Source: a virus
Taxonomy: Duplodnaviria; Caudoviricetes
Length of the DNA: 52,855 nt
Strand: one strand, 5' to 3'
Virus record (IMG/VR): IMGVR_UViG_3300044995_000307
Coordinates: 1 to 52,855 of that record
A model generated the notes under the pieces. The model was given only the letters and a program-made list of their open reading frames with translations. It was not told the DNA's origin and made no database searches. This document shows, in pieces, positions 19,091 through 29,508 of the stretch. Numbering within the stretch: the first letter of the stretch is position 1; each line of letters begins with the position of its first letter. The translations under genes were made by a program, and so were the position numbers.

Positions 19091-20571
19091 TAATCTAAAT
19101 CAAATAAACCGTTAGACTCTAATTCTGATAAAGAATTATTAATTTCATCTTCACTCATGGTTTCCTGTTGCTCTAGCTCATTCTTACCACCATATTCAAA
19201 GAATGGTCTAATAACTTTATCTAACTTTAATAAAACATCATCATTCCATATTTCTTTTTTAAATAATGATTTTGTAGGTACTGTTACTCCCAAATGTGCA
19301 ACAGCCCATTCTGGTGAAGTATCTTTACCAAAAGCAAATTTATAACTTGCAATATCAGCTTTATAGGAACATCCTATTGCTAATTTTGTATCAAATAATT
19401 CTTTACTGTTTTTTGATGGTAAATTTCCTCCAACTACGTATACTCTACCATTTTTAATATTTTCTTTTAAATTTTCATAAAAATATTCTTGTTTGTCTTT
19501 ACTAGACATTTCAAAACATTCTTTATAAGAAAAAATTTGCTTATCATAATTATTTTCTTGCAATTTCTTTTTTGATATAAGCATACTAGGTAAATCAAAA
19601 TATTCTACAAATTTGCCTCTACCTACTCCACAATTGTCTACTGTTGCAAAATTATCTAACCCTAAAAACTTGTTCATACCTTTATTAAAGTTAATCTTAA
19701 TTTCAACTTTCTTAAAAGGTGCAACGAACCTATTTTCAAAAGTCTCTGCTATTACTATTACCCCTGTTTTTTCTTTTCCATTGCTAGATTCTTCATAATC
19801 TGGTCTTTTTCTTAAATAAGTTATTATACTAGAAAAATATATTGAACCCATGCCACCACTTATTACTTTCTCTTTCATTCCATTACCACTAATTGAATCT
19901 CTTTCGTAAATATGAGCAGTTCCATACAGTGGTATTCCACATTTACCAAGTCTAGTAGATGCAAGATTCATTAACAATTTTAACTCTCTGGCAGCACTCC
20001 CCATGTCAACTTTAATATCACCCTTTAAAGCATCATCAAGTTGTTTTGCACCTAATAATCCGTTATAAGAATCTAAAAAAAGAGCAATTTTAGGTAATTG
20101 CTTACCTTCTTTTTTCATTTGCAATAAAGATTGTGTAAGCTTTGCTACAAAAACTGTTATTTCATTTGCTGTTTCTGGTTGTGATACCCTACACTGATCC
20201 TCTTTAATACCAAAATCATAAATTAATTTTTTCTTTGTTGGTGAATTTTCTGTCTCAAAATAATAAAGAAAATAACCATTTTCTTGGAATGATTTCATTA
20301 TATTAAATAATAAAAACGATTTACCAGTTTTAGGATCCCCTGCTATTGTTACAATTTTATTGTTTGGTGCACCAGCGATAATACTTCCACTCCATAATGC
20401 ATTTAATAAACAATTACCAGTATCTAAAAATTCTGTAGATTCAAAATCATTAAAATCTTTTAATAAAGAACCACCTTTATCAAATTCTGATAGAAATTTG
20501 TTTATATCAGCATAATTGTCTATTCTGCCTGAAAATGGTTTTGCTTTTGGAACTTTGTTAAATTGACTCAT
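19090..20571 (-). CDS. uvsX: RecA-like recombinase (UvsX)
   Basis: DTG..LNALWSGS, GDPKTGKS, FETE, FLDS, DMG..AR, SGG.G, NRF..PF; adjacent to DnaB as in T4-like phages. Confidence 0.9.
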   Translation of the reverse strand: MSQFNKVPKAKPFSGRIDNYADINKFLSEFDKGGSLLKDFNDFESTEFLDTGNCLLNALWSGSIIAGAPNNKIVTIAGDPKTGKSFLLFNIMKSFQENGYFLYYFETENSPTKKKLIYDFGIKEDQCRVSQPETANEITVFVAKLTQSLLQMKKEGKQLPKIALFLDSYNGLLGAKQLDDALKGDIKVDMGSAARELKLLMNLASTRLGKCGIPLYGTAHIYERDSISGNGMKEKVISGGMGSIYFSSIITYLRKRPDYEESSNGKEKTGVIVIAETFENRFVAPFKKVEIKINFNKGMNKFLGLDNFATVDNCGVGRGKFVEYFDLPSMLISKKKLQENNYDKQIFSYKECFEMSSKDKQEYFYENLKENIKNGRVYVVGGNLPSKNSKELFDTKLAIGCSYKADIASYKFAFGKDTSPEWAVAHLGVTVPTKSLFKKEIWNDDVLLKLDKVIRPFFEYGGKNELEQQETMSEDEINNSLSELESNGLFDLD

Positions 20572-20657
20572 TTTACTTATTATTTTTGACTATATTAATT
20601 AATGGTTAGCTATATATTTGTTTCAATATATACATAGAATAATAAAAAACTTTTACC

Positions 20658-22346
20658 ATGAGCAACTTAGATTATTTTAAATCATTAATATTAAAAAATA
20701 AATTTTCATATGTTAGTATACTTAAGAAAAATAGTTTATTTGATAGTTTCATGAATAGTTTCCCTTATTTAAAAGATATTTACGGTGACAATATTTCTAA
20801 TAAACAAGTTGCTTGGCATTTAATTAATTCCCCAGAAATACAGATGTGTGATGTCTGTAAAAAAAAGCCAAAATTGTTTATTTACATGAAAGGCAAATAT
20901 GCAGAAACATGTAGTGAGGCTTGTAGGAGAAAGCTTGTTTCATCTAGAATAGATTTTAACGAATTATCAAAAAAAGTAAAACAAACGATAGCTGCTAAGT
21001 ATGGATCAGAAAATTTTTTTAAAACAAAAGAATTTAAAGAAAAAAATAAAGCAACATGTTTAAAAAAATATGGAACTGAATATTATCTTCAAACAGACGA
21101 ATTTAAAGAAAAAAGTAAAGCAACATGTTTGAAAAAATATGGAGTTGACATAGTTTCTAAGTCAGAAAAAATAAAAGAGAAAGTAAAAGAAAATAATCTG
21201 TTAAAATATAAAAAAGAACATTTCTTTCAAACAGAAGAATTTAAAGAAAAAAGTAAAGCAACATGCTTAAAAAAATATGGCACAGAAAAAATATTAGAAA
21301 GTAGCAACCATAAAAATATCCTTTTTAAAAATAATAAACCAGATTATGAGAAAATGCTAAAAGCATTTAATTTTTCTTTAATAAGATATGGCAAAACATG
21401 TGAAATTAGTTGTCAATGTGGAAAGACATTTAACATAAACAGAAATACCTTAAATAATCGAATTTATAAAGGAATTAATATATGTAGAAATTTTTGTGAT
21501 AAAGATATAAAAATATCATCTGGTCATAAAAAATTATTAGAGCAAATCCAAGAATTTTATAAAGGAAATATTTTAATAAATCATAAAATATTTAATCAAG
21601 AGCTAGATATATTTTTACCAGATTTGAACATTGGAATAGAGTACAATGGGTTATATTGGCATGGTGAATTAAAAAAAGAACAAAATTATCATAAAAATAA
21701 GTTTTTGTTTTTTGAAAATATTGGAATTAGACTAATATCTGTTTGGTCTGATGATTTTATCAATAAAAATGATTTAGTAATTAATGTTATTAAAAATGCT
21801 ATTACTGGTGGTGAAAAGATATTTGCTAGAAATTGTCATGTAAAGTTAGTAGAAAAAGAAAAAGAATTTAAATTCTTAGAAGAAAATCATTTACAAGGTT
21901 ATAATGGAAGTACTGTTTGTTATGGCTTATATCATAATGAAGAATTAGTACAATTAATGAGTTTTACATATTGGAAAAGTAAAAAATCATGGGAGATTCA
22001 AAGGTTATGCACAAAAATGGACATTAATGTAATTGGTGGAACAGAAAAATTATGGAAGCATTTTTTATCTAATAATAATCCTAAGCATGTTTTCAGTTAT
22101 TCTTCTTGTGATTATTTTACTGGAAAAGTTTATGAAAAATTAGGAATGAATCTTGAAAAAATTACAGAACCTAGCTACTGGTGGAGTGATGGTTATGAAA
22201 GAATAACTAGGCAATCTGTTCAAAAACATAAGTTAATTAAAATGTTTCCAGAAATGTCTAATATGAGCGAAATAGAAATAATGAAAAGTCTTAAATATTT
22301 TAGAGTGTTTAATTGTGGTAATAAAAAATATTCTATTACATTTTAA
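20658..22346 (+). CDS. Hef-like homing endonuclease-type protein (KYG repeats, Zn ribbon, PD-(D/E)xK-like domain, C-terminal GNAT-like domain)
   Basis: CxxC pairs, EFKEKxKATCLKKYG x3, LDIFLPDLNIGIEYNGLYWH, KIFARNC...NHLQG...WEIQRLC; opposite orientation to neighbours. Confidence 0.75.
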   Translation: MSNLDYFKSLILKNKFSYVSILKKNSLFDSFMNSFPYLKDIYGDNISNKQVAWHLINSPEIQMCDVCKKKPKLFIYMKGKYAETCSEACRRKLVSSRIDFNELSKKVKQTIAAKYGSENFFKTKEFKEKNKATCLKKYGTEYYLQTDEFKEKSKATCLKKYGVDIVSKSEKIKEKVKENNLLKYKKEHFFQTEEFKEKSKATCLKKYGTEKILESSNHKNILFKNNKPDYEKMLKAFNFSLIRYGKTCEISCQCGKTFNINRNTLNNRIYKGINICRNFCDKDIKISSGHKKLLEQIQEFYKGNILINHKIFNQELDIFLPDLNIGIEYNGLYWHGELKKEQNYHKNKFLFFENIGIRLISVWSDDFINKNDLVINVIKNAITGGEKIFARNCHVKLVEKEKEFKFLEENHLQGYNGSTVCYGLYHNEELVQLMSFTYWKSKKSWEIQRLCTKMDINVIGGTEKLWKHFLSNNNPKHVFSYSSCDYFTGKVYEKLGMNLEKITEPSYWWSDGYERITRQSVQKHKLIKMFPEMSNMSEIEIMKSLKYFRVFNCGNKKYSITF

Positions 22347-22349
22347 TTA

Positions 22350-23135
22350 TTAAAAAATTACTGCAAATGAGATAATTTTAGACACATCTAAAATTCCATT
22401 TTCAATTGGGTTTGTTTTAAAAATTGCTGTAATTTCATTATTATTGATAAAATCATAATTATCTTCATCCCAAATAGTAATATTGACATGTTTATCTGAC
22501 TTACCACTAGCAAATTCTACTACGCCTATTGCTTTATGAGCTAGTTCATTAAAAGCATCACTATCTTTTAAAGAATTTAGATTATTTAACAAGGATTTAT
22601 CAATTTTAAATAATAATATTTTACGATTATTAATGATACTTTCATAATCCAAATTATAAATATTTTTGTTTATAGAATAATATTTTTCTTTAATTAACTT
22701 AGAAAGTTCTATAACAAGTTCTAAATCTTCTAAAACCATTAATTTTTCATCGATAACTTCCATTGGATAGCTAAATAAAGTCCCATCACATATTAAAAAA
22801 CCTCTTTCATGTTTATAAATGAAAAAACTTGGATAAAAAAAATGATTGATAAATCCATTTTGATTGAATGGATTATATTGTAATAATTTGTCTTCTATGT
22901 TAGGGAAAGTATCTTTTAAGACATACTTTTCTAAGAATTGCAAAACTTCTTCTGTTGATAAAAATGAAGATTTAAATTCTCTAAAAAAATTATGCTTAGT
23001 AGGTTTTGCAATTAGATTATTATCTTTAGAAAATGATACGTTTCTTTTTGTTAAAGATATAAGTATTACTTTAGAAGAAGATATCTCCAATAATTGTTCT
23101 TCTTTTGAAAGCTCTAAAAATTTTTTAAAGTCCAT
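22350..23135 (-). CDS. Hypothetical protein
   Basis: 261 aa ORF in the replication cluster. Confidence 0.7.
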   Translation of the reverse strand: MDFKKFLELSKEEQLLEISSSKVILISLTKRNVSFSKDNNLIAKPTKHNFFREFKSSFLSTEEVLQFLEKYVLKDTFPNIEDKLLQYNPFNQNGFINHFFYPSFFIYKHERGFLICDGTLFSYPMEVIDEKLMVLEDLELVIELSKLIKEKYYSINKNIYNLDYESIINNRKILLFKIDKSLLNNLNSLKDSDAFNELAHKAIGVVEFASGKSDKHVNITIWDEDNYDFINNNEITAIFKTNPIENGILDVSKIISFAVIF

Positions 23136-23156
23136 TGTTTATTTTTAATGATTATA

Positions 23157-23432
23157 TTAACTATCACTATTGGTTTCATTATACCATTGAGTAACTTTTA
23201 GCCAATCATTTTTAACTTCTTGTGCAATTTGATCACTATTGGTTATTATCCTATCCAATATTGAAAATTCAGCAAACGGTTCATAATCTTTTAAATTTAA
23301 AGATGGTAATCTTGAAAGATCTTTTCCAGCTAGTAAATTAGGGTCTTGCACTGATAAAAGTTCATTAGTAACTTTATGTTTATAGTCAATTATTAAAAAT
23401 GGATATTTTTTTAAAAATTCTTTTAAAGTCAT
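23157..23432 (-). CDS. Hypothetical protein
   Basis: 91 aa ORF with 4 nt start/stop overlap. Confidence 0.65.
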   Translation of the reverse strand: MTLKEFLKKYPFLIIDYKHKVTNELLSVQDPNLLAGKDLSRLPSLNLKDYEPFAEFSILDRIITNSDQIAQEVKNDWLKVTQWYNETNSDS

Positions 23433-23926
23433 TTTTTGCAGTTATGTATCACTTTTAAAAGATATTCTTTAAAACCACTTTTTTTAGTAATACTTTCATA
23501 AAATACCATTACACTTAAACCTAATGATTTCAAATAATTTATTTTTAATCTATCTTTTTCTCTGATTATGTTTGTATCAATAATCCTATTTTTAATTTTT
23601 ATAAATCTTTCATTAAAAAAAGTAGGATTTACATGAATAACGTCTCCAAAAATTTCTATAATAAGATTTTTATCAGGAAAGAAAAAATCTGCTGAATATT
23701 TGCCAAATCTTTTATTATGTATAAATTTTACATTATTGTTTGATAAAAAGTTAATTAGCTCTAATTCTTGATTACTAATAGAATGTGACTTTTTCTTATT
23801 ACAAAAAATACATGTTTCTTCATTATTTTTAACTCTTTTATTGTATAAACGCTTTGTTATATAATAATGCCTATTACATTTTTCATCGAAGCAATAGTAA
23901 TAGCTACCATATTCTTCTATTACCAT
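23429..23926 (-). CDS. Zn-ribbon plus Vsr/DUF559-like endonuclease
   Basis: C..C pairs, S.QE, YSADFFFPDKNLIIEIFGDVIH, KDRLK..YLKSLG...FYE. Confidence 0.75.
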   Translation of the reverse strand: MVIEEYGSYYYCFDEKCNRHYYITKRLYNKRVKNNEETCIFCNKKKSHSISNQELELINFLSNNNVKFIHNKRFGKYSADFFFPDKNLIIEIFGDVIHVNPTFFNERFIKIKNRIIDTNIIREKDRLKINYLKSLGLSVMVFYESITKKSGFKEYLLKVIHNCKK

Positions 23927-25185
23927 ATTCCACCAAACAATAATATTTCAGCGTTTATTTTAGGTATACCTAATACACTTAGTATATTATTCATTGGATT
24001 TAAAAATACAGCCTCAAATTGTGCTTCATAATTTATTGGCATAGCTATTTCTGCTGGAAAGAATCCTGGAAAGAATCCAAAAACATGTCCATTTTGTGAA
24101 TGATAGTATTGTATTTTGTTACCGCTTTTTATAAATGGGTATTTGCTTTTATAGTTACTATTATATAATAAGTAATTGTAAACAGCAGCTGCTCTAACAT
24201 GCTCTGGACAACCAGATACTAATTTCAATTCTGTAGTATCTGATATAACATACTTGTTATAGTTATTAACTTTCTTAAAAAACGATATGTTTGATATATT
24301 ATTAGTAGTTGTAAATTGATCTTTAATTTCTTTTAGTAATTTAACTAACTTATCAGTATTCATTTCAATACCACTATCCATAATAAATTCTATTGTTCTT
24401 TTCATTTGTTCTCTTACATATTTAGGAGTAGATTTTTTATTTATATCTATGCCTTTGAAAGATAATGATTTTAACCTGTCATTAATTATCTTTCCACTCC
24501 ACATGGAATTTTTTATGTACATTTTTTTTGCTACCCACAAAATAGAATAATTGATTTGTTCTAAAGCTAATTTAAAAGAAGGTTTTCCGTTAGGTCTTTT
24601 AGTAAAAGCACCATACTTTTCACAAAATTTATCTAACATTATAGAATAATAATTGATTAAGCCATAGTGATAAACTTTTAATATGAACTCAAGCTTTACA
24701 TAATCTGGATTATTGTAATTTGGTATTACTTTATAAACCTTTGCTATAGTTTCATCATATGAAGGAGTGTACGTTACATTTTTATAAATTTTATCGAATA
24801 CTACCATTATAGAGTCAGTATCTGCATAATGCACAGTGTCAAAATTATGATAAGCTGGTACTGTACACCCAATCTTAGCTAGTAAAGCTTTGTCTTTAGG
24901 AAATAATTCTTTGAAATAGTAGTTAGTTATGTTTATAGTATATTTTATTAATGATCTTGACTGGGTAGTAACAGACTCTGCTACTCTTCTTTCATATAAT
25001 ATAAATTTTTTAAAACCTAATACGCCATATATTGAATTGAGAATTATTTTCTTTGATTTGTTACCATTATCTCTTATTATTCTTAGTTTCTTTAATCTAT
25101 TAATTTCTGAAAGAATTTCTTCTTTTGAGTATTTTTTACCTTGCTCTAATTTAGAATGATGAAGTTTTTCTTGTACTAAAATCAT
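23920..25185 (-). CDS. Family B DNA polymerase, C-terminal subunit of a split gene (gp43B-like)
   Basis: KIILNSIYG (motif B), YADTDS (motif C), AKKMY, KG.D..KKSTP, P.HVRAA..YN; no exonuclease domain or motif A. Confidence 0.9.
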   Translation of the reverse strand: MILVQEKLHHSKLEQGKKYSKEEILSEINRLKKLRIIRDNGNKSKKIILNSIYGVLGFKKFILYERRVAESVTTQSRSLIKYTINITNYYFKELFPKDKALLAKIGCTVPAYHNFDTVHYADTDSIMVVFDKIYKNVTYTPSYDETIAKVYKVIPNYNNPDYVKLEFILKVYHYGLINYYSIMLDKFCEKYGAFTKRPNGKPSFKLALEQINYSILWVAKKMYIKNSMWSGKIINDRLKSLSFKGIDINKKSTPKYVREQMKRTIEFIMDSGIEMNTDKLVKLLKEIKDQFTTTNNISNISFFKKVNNYNKYVISDTTELKLVSGCPEHVRAAAVYNYLLYNSNYKSKYPFIKSGNKIQYYHSQNGHVFGFFPGFFPAEIAMPINYEAQFEAVFLNPMNNILSVLGIPKINAEILLFGGIW

Positions 25186-25212
25186 AGAATATATATTAAA
25201 ACCTAAAACACA

Positions 25213-26847
25213 ATGAATGAAATTACTAGCCTACACAATGAATTAAAAAAATCGACAGAACATATACTTAGACCACAAGTTTTAAGTATGCTTATAAAAA
25301 ATAATGATAAATTGCTTTCCATATTAATGCAATTGACAAAATTTTTAGATAATGAAAAAAACGTTAGTTTCAAAAGAAGATTATGGCACTTTCAAAATAA
25401 TTGTTATGAAAAAGTTTTATGTAAAGAATGTGGTATCAATTATGCTAATTGGTCAGAAAGTAAAGGTTACACATCTTGTTCAAAAAAGTGTACAGAAAAT
25501 AAAAAGAAAAAAATATTCTTAGAAAAATATGGCGTAGATAACCCTAATAAATCACATTTAATTAAAGCTAAAATAGAAGAAACTAATAAAAAGAAATATG
25601 GCAGTAAAACAGTTTTTGGAACTAAACATTTTAAAGATATATTGGGTGTTGATAACCCAATGAAAAGCGACATTATTAAAGAAAAAAGAAAATTAGCTAT
25701 ACTTCAAAAATATGGAGTAGATCATACGTCAAGGACTACTGAAGTAAAAAACAAAATAAAAACATATTTAGAAAATAATAAAAAAGATATTGCTGTAAAA
25801 GTAAAAAAATCTCTAAAGGAAAAATATGGCGTTGATAATCCAATGAAGAGTGATATTATAAAAAATTTAATAAAAGACAAATTTATAAAAAATCATAAGT
25901 TAGATGGATTCACCTTAATTAATATAAATAACGGTAAATTTGAATTTAATTGTCACACATGCAATAATGACTTTGTTATAGATAAAACTACCTATTATAA
26001 TAGAATAAAAAATAACATTAGCATATGTCCAGAGTGTTTTCCTTTAAATAATAAATGGAGTAATTTAGAAAATGAATTACTTAAATTTATTGAAGAAAAT
26101 TATGATGGTGTTATTATTAAAAATGATAGAGAAGTTATAAAACCAGAAGAAATAGACATTTTGTTACCAGAATTAAAAATAGGAATAGAGTTTAATGGCT
26201 TGTACTGGCACAGTAGTATTAACAAAGAAGTTAATTATCATAAAGAAAAAGAATTAGCATGTAGAAAAAAAGGAATCCAATTAATACAAATCTGGGAAGA
26301 TGACTGGATTTATAAAAAAGAAATGATAAAAGGAATACTACTCAACAAATTCAATAAAAGTAAAAAAATATTTGCTAGAAAAACTACATTAAAATTAATT
26401 AACTATAAAGAGTTTAGTAAATTTATAAATGAAAACCATTTGCAAGGAAGTATTCCAGCAAATTTATATTATGGATTGTATAGTGACAATTATTTAGTAT
26501 GTGCTATGAGTTTTAGAAAAGAAAAAGAAATATGGGAAATATCTAGACTAGCTACAAAAATAGGCTATTCAGTAATAGGTGGAGTTAGCAAAATATTAAA
26601 ATCATTTGAAAAATTAGCAAAACCAAAAACTTTAATTTCTTATTGTTGCAAAGATTACTTTAATGGCAACACTTATTTAAACGTTGGTATGAAACTAGTT
26701 AAAGAAACAAAGCCAAGTTTATTTTTTGTTAATAAAAAATTCGATAAGAGAATTAATAGAAGAAGATTACAAAAATCAGACCAATCAGAATATTATAAAG
26801 TTTATAACTCTGGCAATTTGTTGTTCATTAAAGAATACTATTCTTAG
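25213..26847 (+). CDS. Hef-like homing endonuclease-type protein
   Basis: KYGVDNP repeats, CxxC, IDILLPELKIGIEFNGLYWH, WEDDW, KIFARK, NHLQG; paralogue of 20658..22346. Confidence 0.75.
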   Translation: MNEITSLHNELKKSTEHILRPQVLSMLIKNNDKLLSILMQLTKFLDNEKNVSFKRRLWHFQNNCYEKVLCKECGINYANWSESKGYTSCSKKCTENKKKKIFLEKYGVDNPNKSHLIKAKIEETNKKKYGSKTVFGTKHFKDILGVDNPMKSDIIKEKRKLAILQKYGVDHTSRTTEVKNKIKTYLENNKKDIAVKVKKSLKEKYGVDNPMKSDIIKNLIKDKFIKNHKLDGFTLININNGKFEFNCHTCNNDFVIDKTTYYNRIKNNISICPECFPLNNKWSNLENELLKFIEENYDGVIIKNDREVIKPEEIDILLPELKIGIEFNGLYWHSSINKEVNYHKEKELACRKKGIQLIQIWEDDWIYKKEMIKGILLNKFNKSKKIFARKTTLKLINYKEFSKFINENHLQGSIPANLYYGLYSDNYLVCAMSFRKEKEIWEISRLATKIGYSVIGGVSKILKSFEKLAKPKTLISYCCKDYFNGNTYLNVGMKLVKETKPSLFFVNKKFDKRINRRRLQKSDQSEYYKVYNSGNLLFIKEYYS

Positions 26848-29507
26848 ACAGATTCTTTAGCATTTACTATTTCTAAATTACTAAATCCATTAGTATTTTT
26901 AATATTTATATAATTGTCAAAATAGGAATTGCTAATTGGAGAATGATTTACTACCAATATCTTTATCTTATAAATGTCTACGATATATTTTTTTAATAAA
27001 TCTAATGTTATATTTATATTTTCAGAATGTAATGATGAAAATACTTCATCATAAAAACAAAAGTTAATTCCTGGATATCTAGTTATCATTAATTTCATAA
27101 TAGAGATTAATATAGCAGTATCTATCATTTTTTTCTGACCAGTACTAATATTTGATATTTCTCTATGATTTCTGTATAATATTGGCTTAAATTCAGAATT
27201 GAATTTGCATCGAATATTTATATTTTGCTCCAGTAATATTGAGTTGATATTATTGTTTATCTCTGGAGTATAATTTTTAATGATATAAGACTTGATACCA
27301 GCATCTGATATAGTTTTTTGAAAAATTAAATGATTGATTAAATATTCTTTTTTGTTTTCTAATAAAGATAGCTTTGCTTCTTTTTCTTCTTGTAATTTTT
27401 TTAATTTGGCTTCCTGTGATAATAGATGGCTGTCTATTGAATCAGAATTTATTTTGTTTATCTCTTCTTTAATTAGTAATAATCGTTGTGTAACGTTTGA
27501 TATTAATTCACTATTATTTTTAAGTAATTCCTCTTTTACTTTAAGAGAATTTATATCTTCATTATGACTATTTATGTTAGCAATATCTACGTTAGTATTA
27601 TAATAATCACCTAGTTCTGATTTTTTAGCTTGTATAAATGATTCTAATGCAGATTTATCTGATTGTAGTTTTATTATTTTATTAATTATGTTATCTAAAT
27701 GATTTTTTTTAGGTAATAAGTTACTTTTTATAGCATTTAATTCATTTGTTATTGACTCTTCATCTATTGGCTCTTCTACAAAATTAGAAAATTTTTCTTT
27801 ATTGTTATTAATAAAAAACTCTAAAGAGTTAATTTCTTTGTCCAGATTTAATAATGAAGATTTAACAAAATATAAATCCTCTTTTTCTAATTTAATTAGG
27901 TCTTTTTCTAAATGTAATATTTCTTTTTCAAGATCGTTAATGTCTTCTATATTAAAATTTTCATTTAATAAAGAATCATATTCTGGAATTCTGGTAAATC
28001 CACTTGTTAAATCCTTTATTCTATAATCACTATTGATAATGGATTGCTTAATAATTTCAATTCTTTTACCACAATCATGAAGTAATATTTCTTGAGATTC
28101 TAATAATTTAGCGTTTTCTACAAATGTTTTTTCTAATGTTTCTAATTCATCTTTTATTTCTACCAAATGTGACTTATGAGAATCTGAACTTAATTCTGTA
28201 TAGCATGTTGGACAAATACCATTCTCATAAGCTTTTACAATGCTTTTGTTCTTTGATATTTCTTTTTGTAAATCTTGGGATATATTTTTGTATGATTTTA
28301 TTAAATCATTTATCGATGAAAATAATTTTTCTTCATTAAATAAAGCAGTTTTATATTGCTCTAATTCATCATTACATTGTTTCAGTAATTCTTTATTTTC
28401 TTTAGATTTTTTATAATATAACTTTAATTCCAATAATTTTTTCTTTTCTTGTAAACTTGACTGTTTCTCTTGCAAACTTCTTTCTAATAAAGATAAACTT
28501 TCTTTTTTTAAAGATTCTTCGCTTTTAAGTTGTTCTAATTTAGACAATTGGTCTTGGAAAAATTTGAACTCTTTTATTAATGATAATTTATCAAATTTTT
28601 TATTTATATTCAATATGCTTTCATTGATAATGTTAATTTCATTAGTAGTATCATTTTTTTGTTTAGAAAGTTCTTCTAATTGTAATATAATATTTTTTAA
28701 TTCAGATTCTTTTAGTACAGTAATATAATTGAGTATTGATACTTTTAATGATTTTATTTCTTTTTTAAGAGAGACGTCTGTTGTTTGTAACTGTTTTAAA
28801 TATTCTTCCTTTTGATTTAATTCATTGGTAAGCTCTTCAAATTTTTTCTTTTTTTCTTCTTTTTGATTTTTTATATAATCATCTATATTTTCTTTAATAC
28901 TTAATATCAAATTTTCATTTGAGTCGATTTCGTATTCTAATTTTTGTATTTCTTGTTGTATTAATGATATTTCTTTAGATACAGAGGTAAACATATCATT
29001 TAATACAAAAAAAGAAAATAATCTGTCTCTTATTTTTCTACAATCATCCGCTGATAATTCTAAAAAAGATTTTGATTGCCCAATTGCAGGATTTACTATA
29101 TTGTTGAATAACTGATACGGATACTCTAATATGTTTTCTTTAATGAACTTTTTAGTTTCTGGAATCAAGCCAGTATTTTCTGGAGATTCACTATCCCCTT
29201 TAAAAACTTTTAAAGAATTTAAAGATGAGATACCATAGTTAGATTCTATTCTCCAAATAGACCCATCTCTTTTTTTATAATAAACACAAATAAATCCATT
29301 ACCATTAATTTCATTTGCTATTTCTTTTACTGGAATTGAATCATATTCTTGATAAAGACCTATTTTGATTATTTTTATTATAGAACTTTTACCAACACCA
29401 TTTTGTCCACATACTTGCGTAAAATTACCTAATTTATCAAAATCAATTTCTTGCATTGTGTTACCATACGCAAATATATTTTTAAATTTTACTTTTAATA
29501 TAGCCAT
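26844..29507 (-). CDS. SbcC/Rad50-like ATPase (T4 gp46-like)
   Basis: FKN, GQNGVGKSS, long coiled coil, CPTC hook, ISTGQK, FYDE, H-loop. Confidence 0.93.
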   Translation of the reverse strand: MAILKVKFKNIFAYGNTMQEIDFDKLGNFTQVCGQNGVGKSSIIKIIKIGLYQEYDSIPVKEIANEINGNGFICVYYKKRDGSIWRIESNYGISSLNSLKVFKGDSESPENTGLIPETKKFIKENILEYPYQLFNNIVNPAIGQSKSFLELSADDCRKIRDRLFSFFVLNDMFTSVSKEISLIQQEIQKLEYEIDSNENLILSIKENIDDYIKNQKEEKKKKFEELTNELNQKEEYLKQLQTTDVSLKKEIKSLKVSILNYITVLKESELKNIILQLEELSKQKNDTTNEINIINESILNINKKFDKLSLIKEFKFFQDQLSKLEQLKSEESLKKESLSLLERSLQEKQSSLQEKKKLLELKLYYKKSKENKELLKQCNDELEQYKTALFNEEKLFSSINDLIKSYKNISQDLQKEISKNKSIVKAYENGICPTCYTELSSDSHKSHLVEIKDELETLEKTFVENAKLLESQEILLHDCGKRIEIIKQSIINSDYRIKDLTSGFTRIPEYDSLLNENFNIEDINDLEKEILHLEKDLIKLEKEDLYFVKSSLLNLDKEINSLEFFINNNKEKFSNFVEEPIDEESITNELNAIKSNLLPKKNHLDNIINKIIKLQSDKSALESFIQAKKSELGDYYNTNVDIANINSHNEDINSLKVKEELLKNNSELISNVTQRLLLIKEEINKINSDSIDSHLLSQEAKLKKLQEEKEAKLSLLENKKEYLINHLIFQKTISDAGIKSYIIKNYTPEINNNINSILLEQNINIRCKFNSEFKPILYRNHREISNISTGQKKMIDTAILISIMKLMITRYPGINFCFYDEVFSSLHSENINITLDLLKKYIVDIYKIKILVVNHSPISNSYFDNYINIKNTNGFSNLEIVNAKESV

Positions 29508-29508
29508 A

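Noticed and set aside
25186-26847. Group I intron or split intein interrupting polB
   Set aside because: The endonuclease is antisense, no upstream polB exon exists (gp46 is next), and there is no room for an intron core or intein termini.
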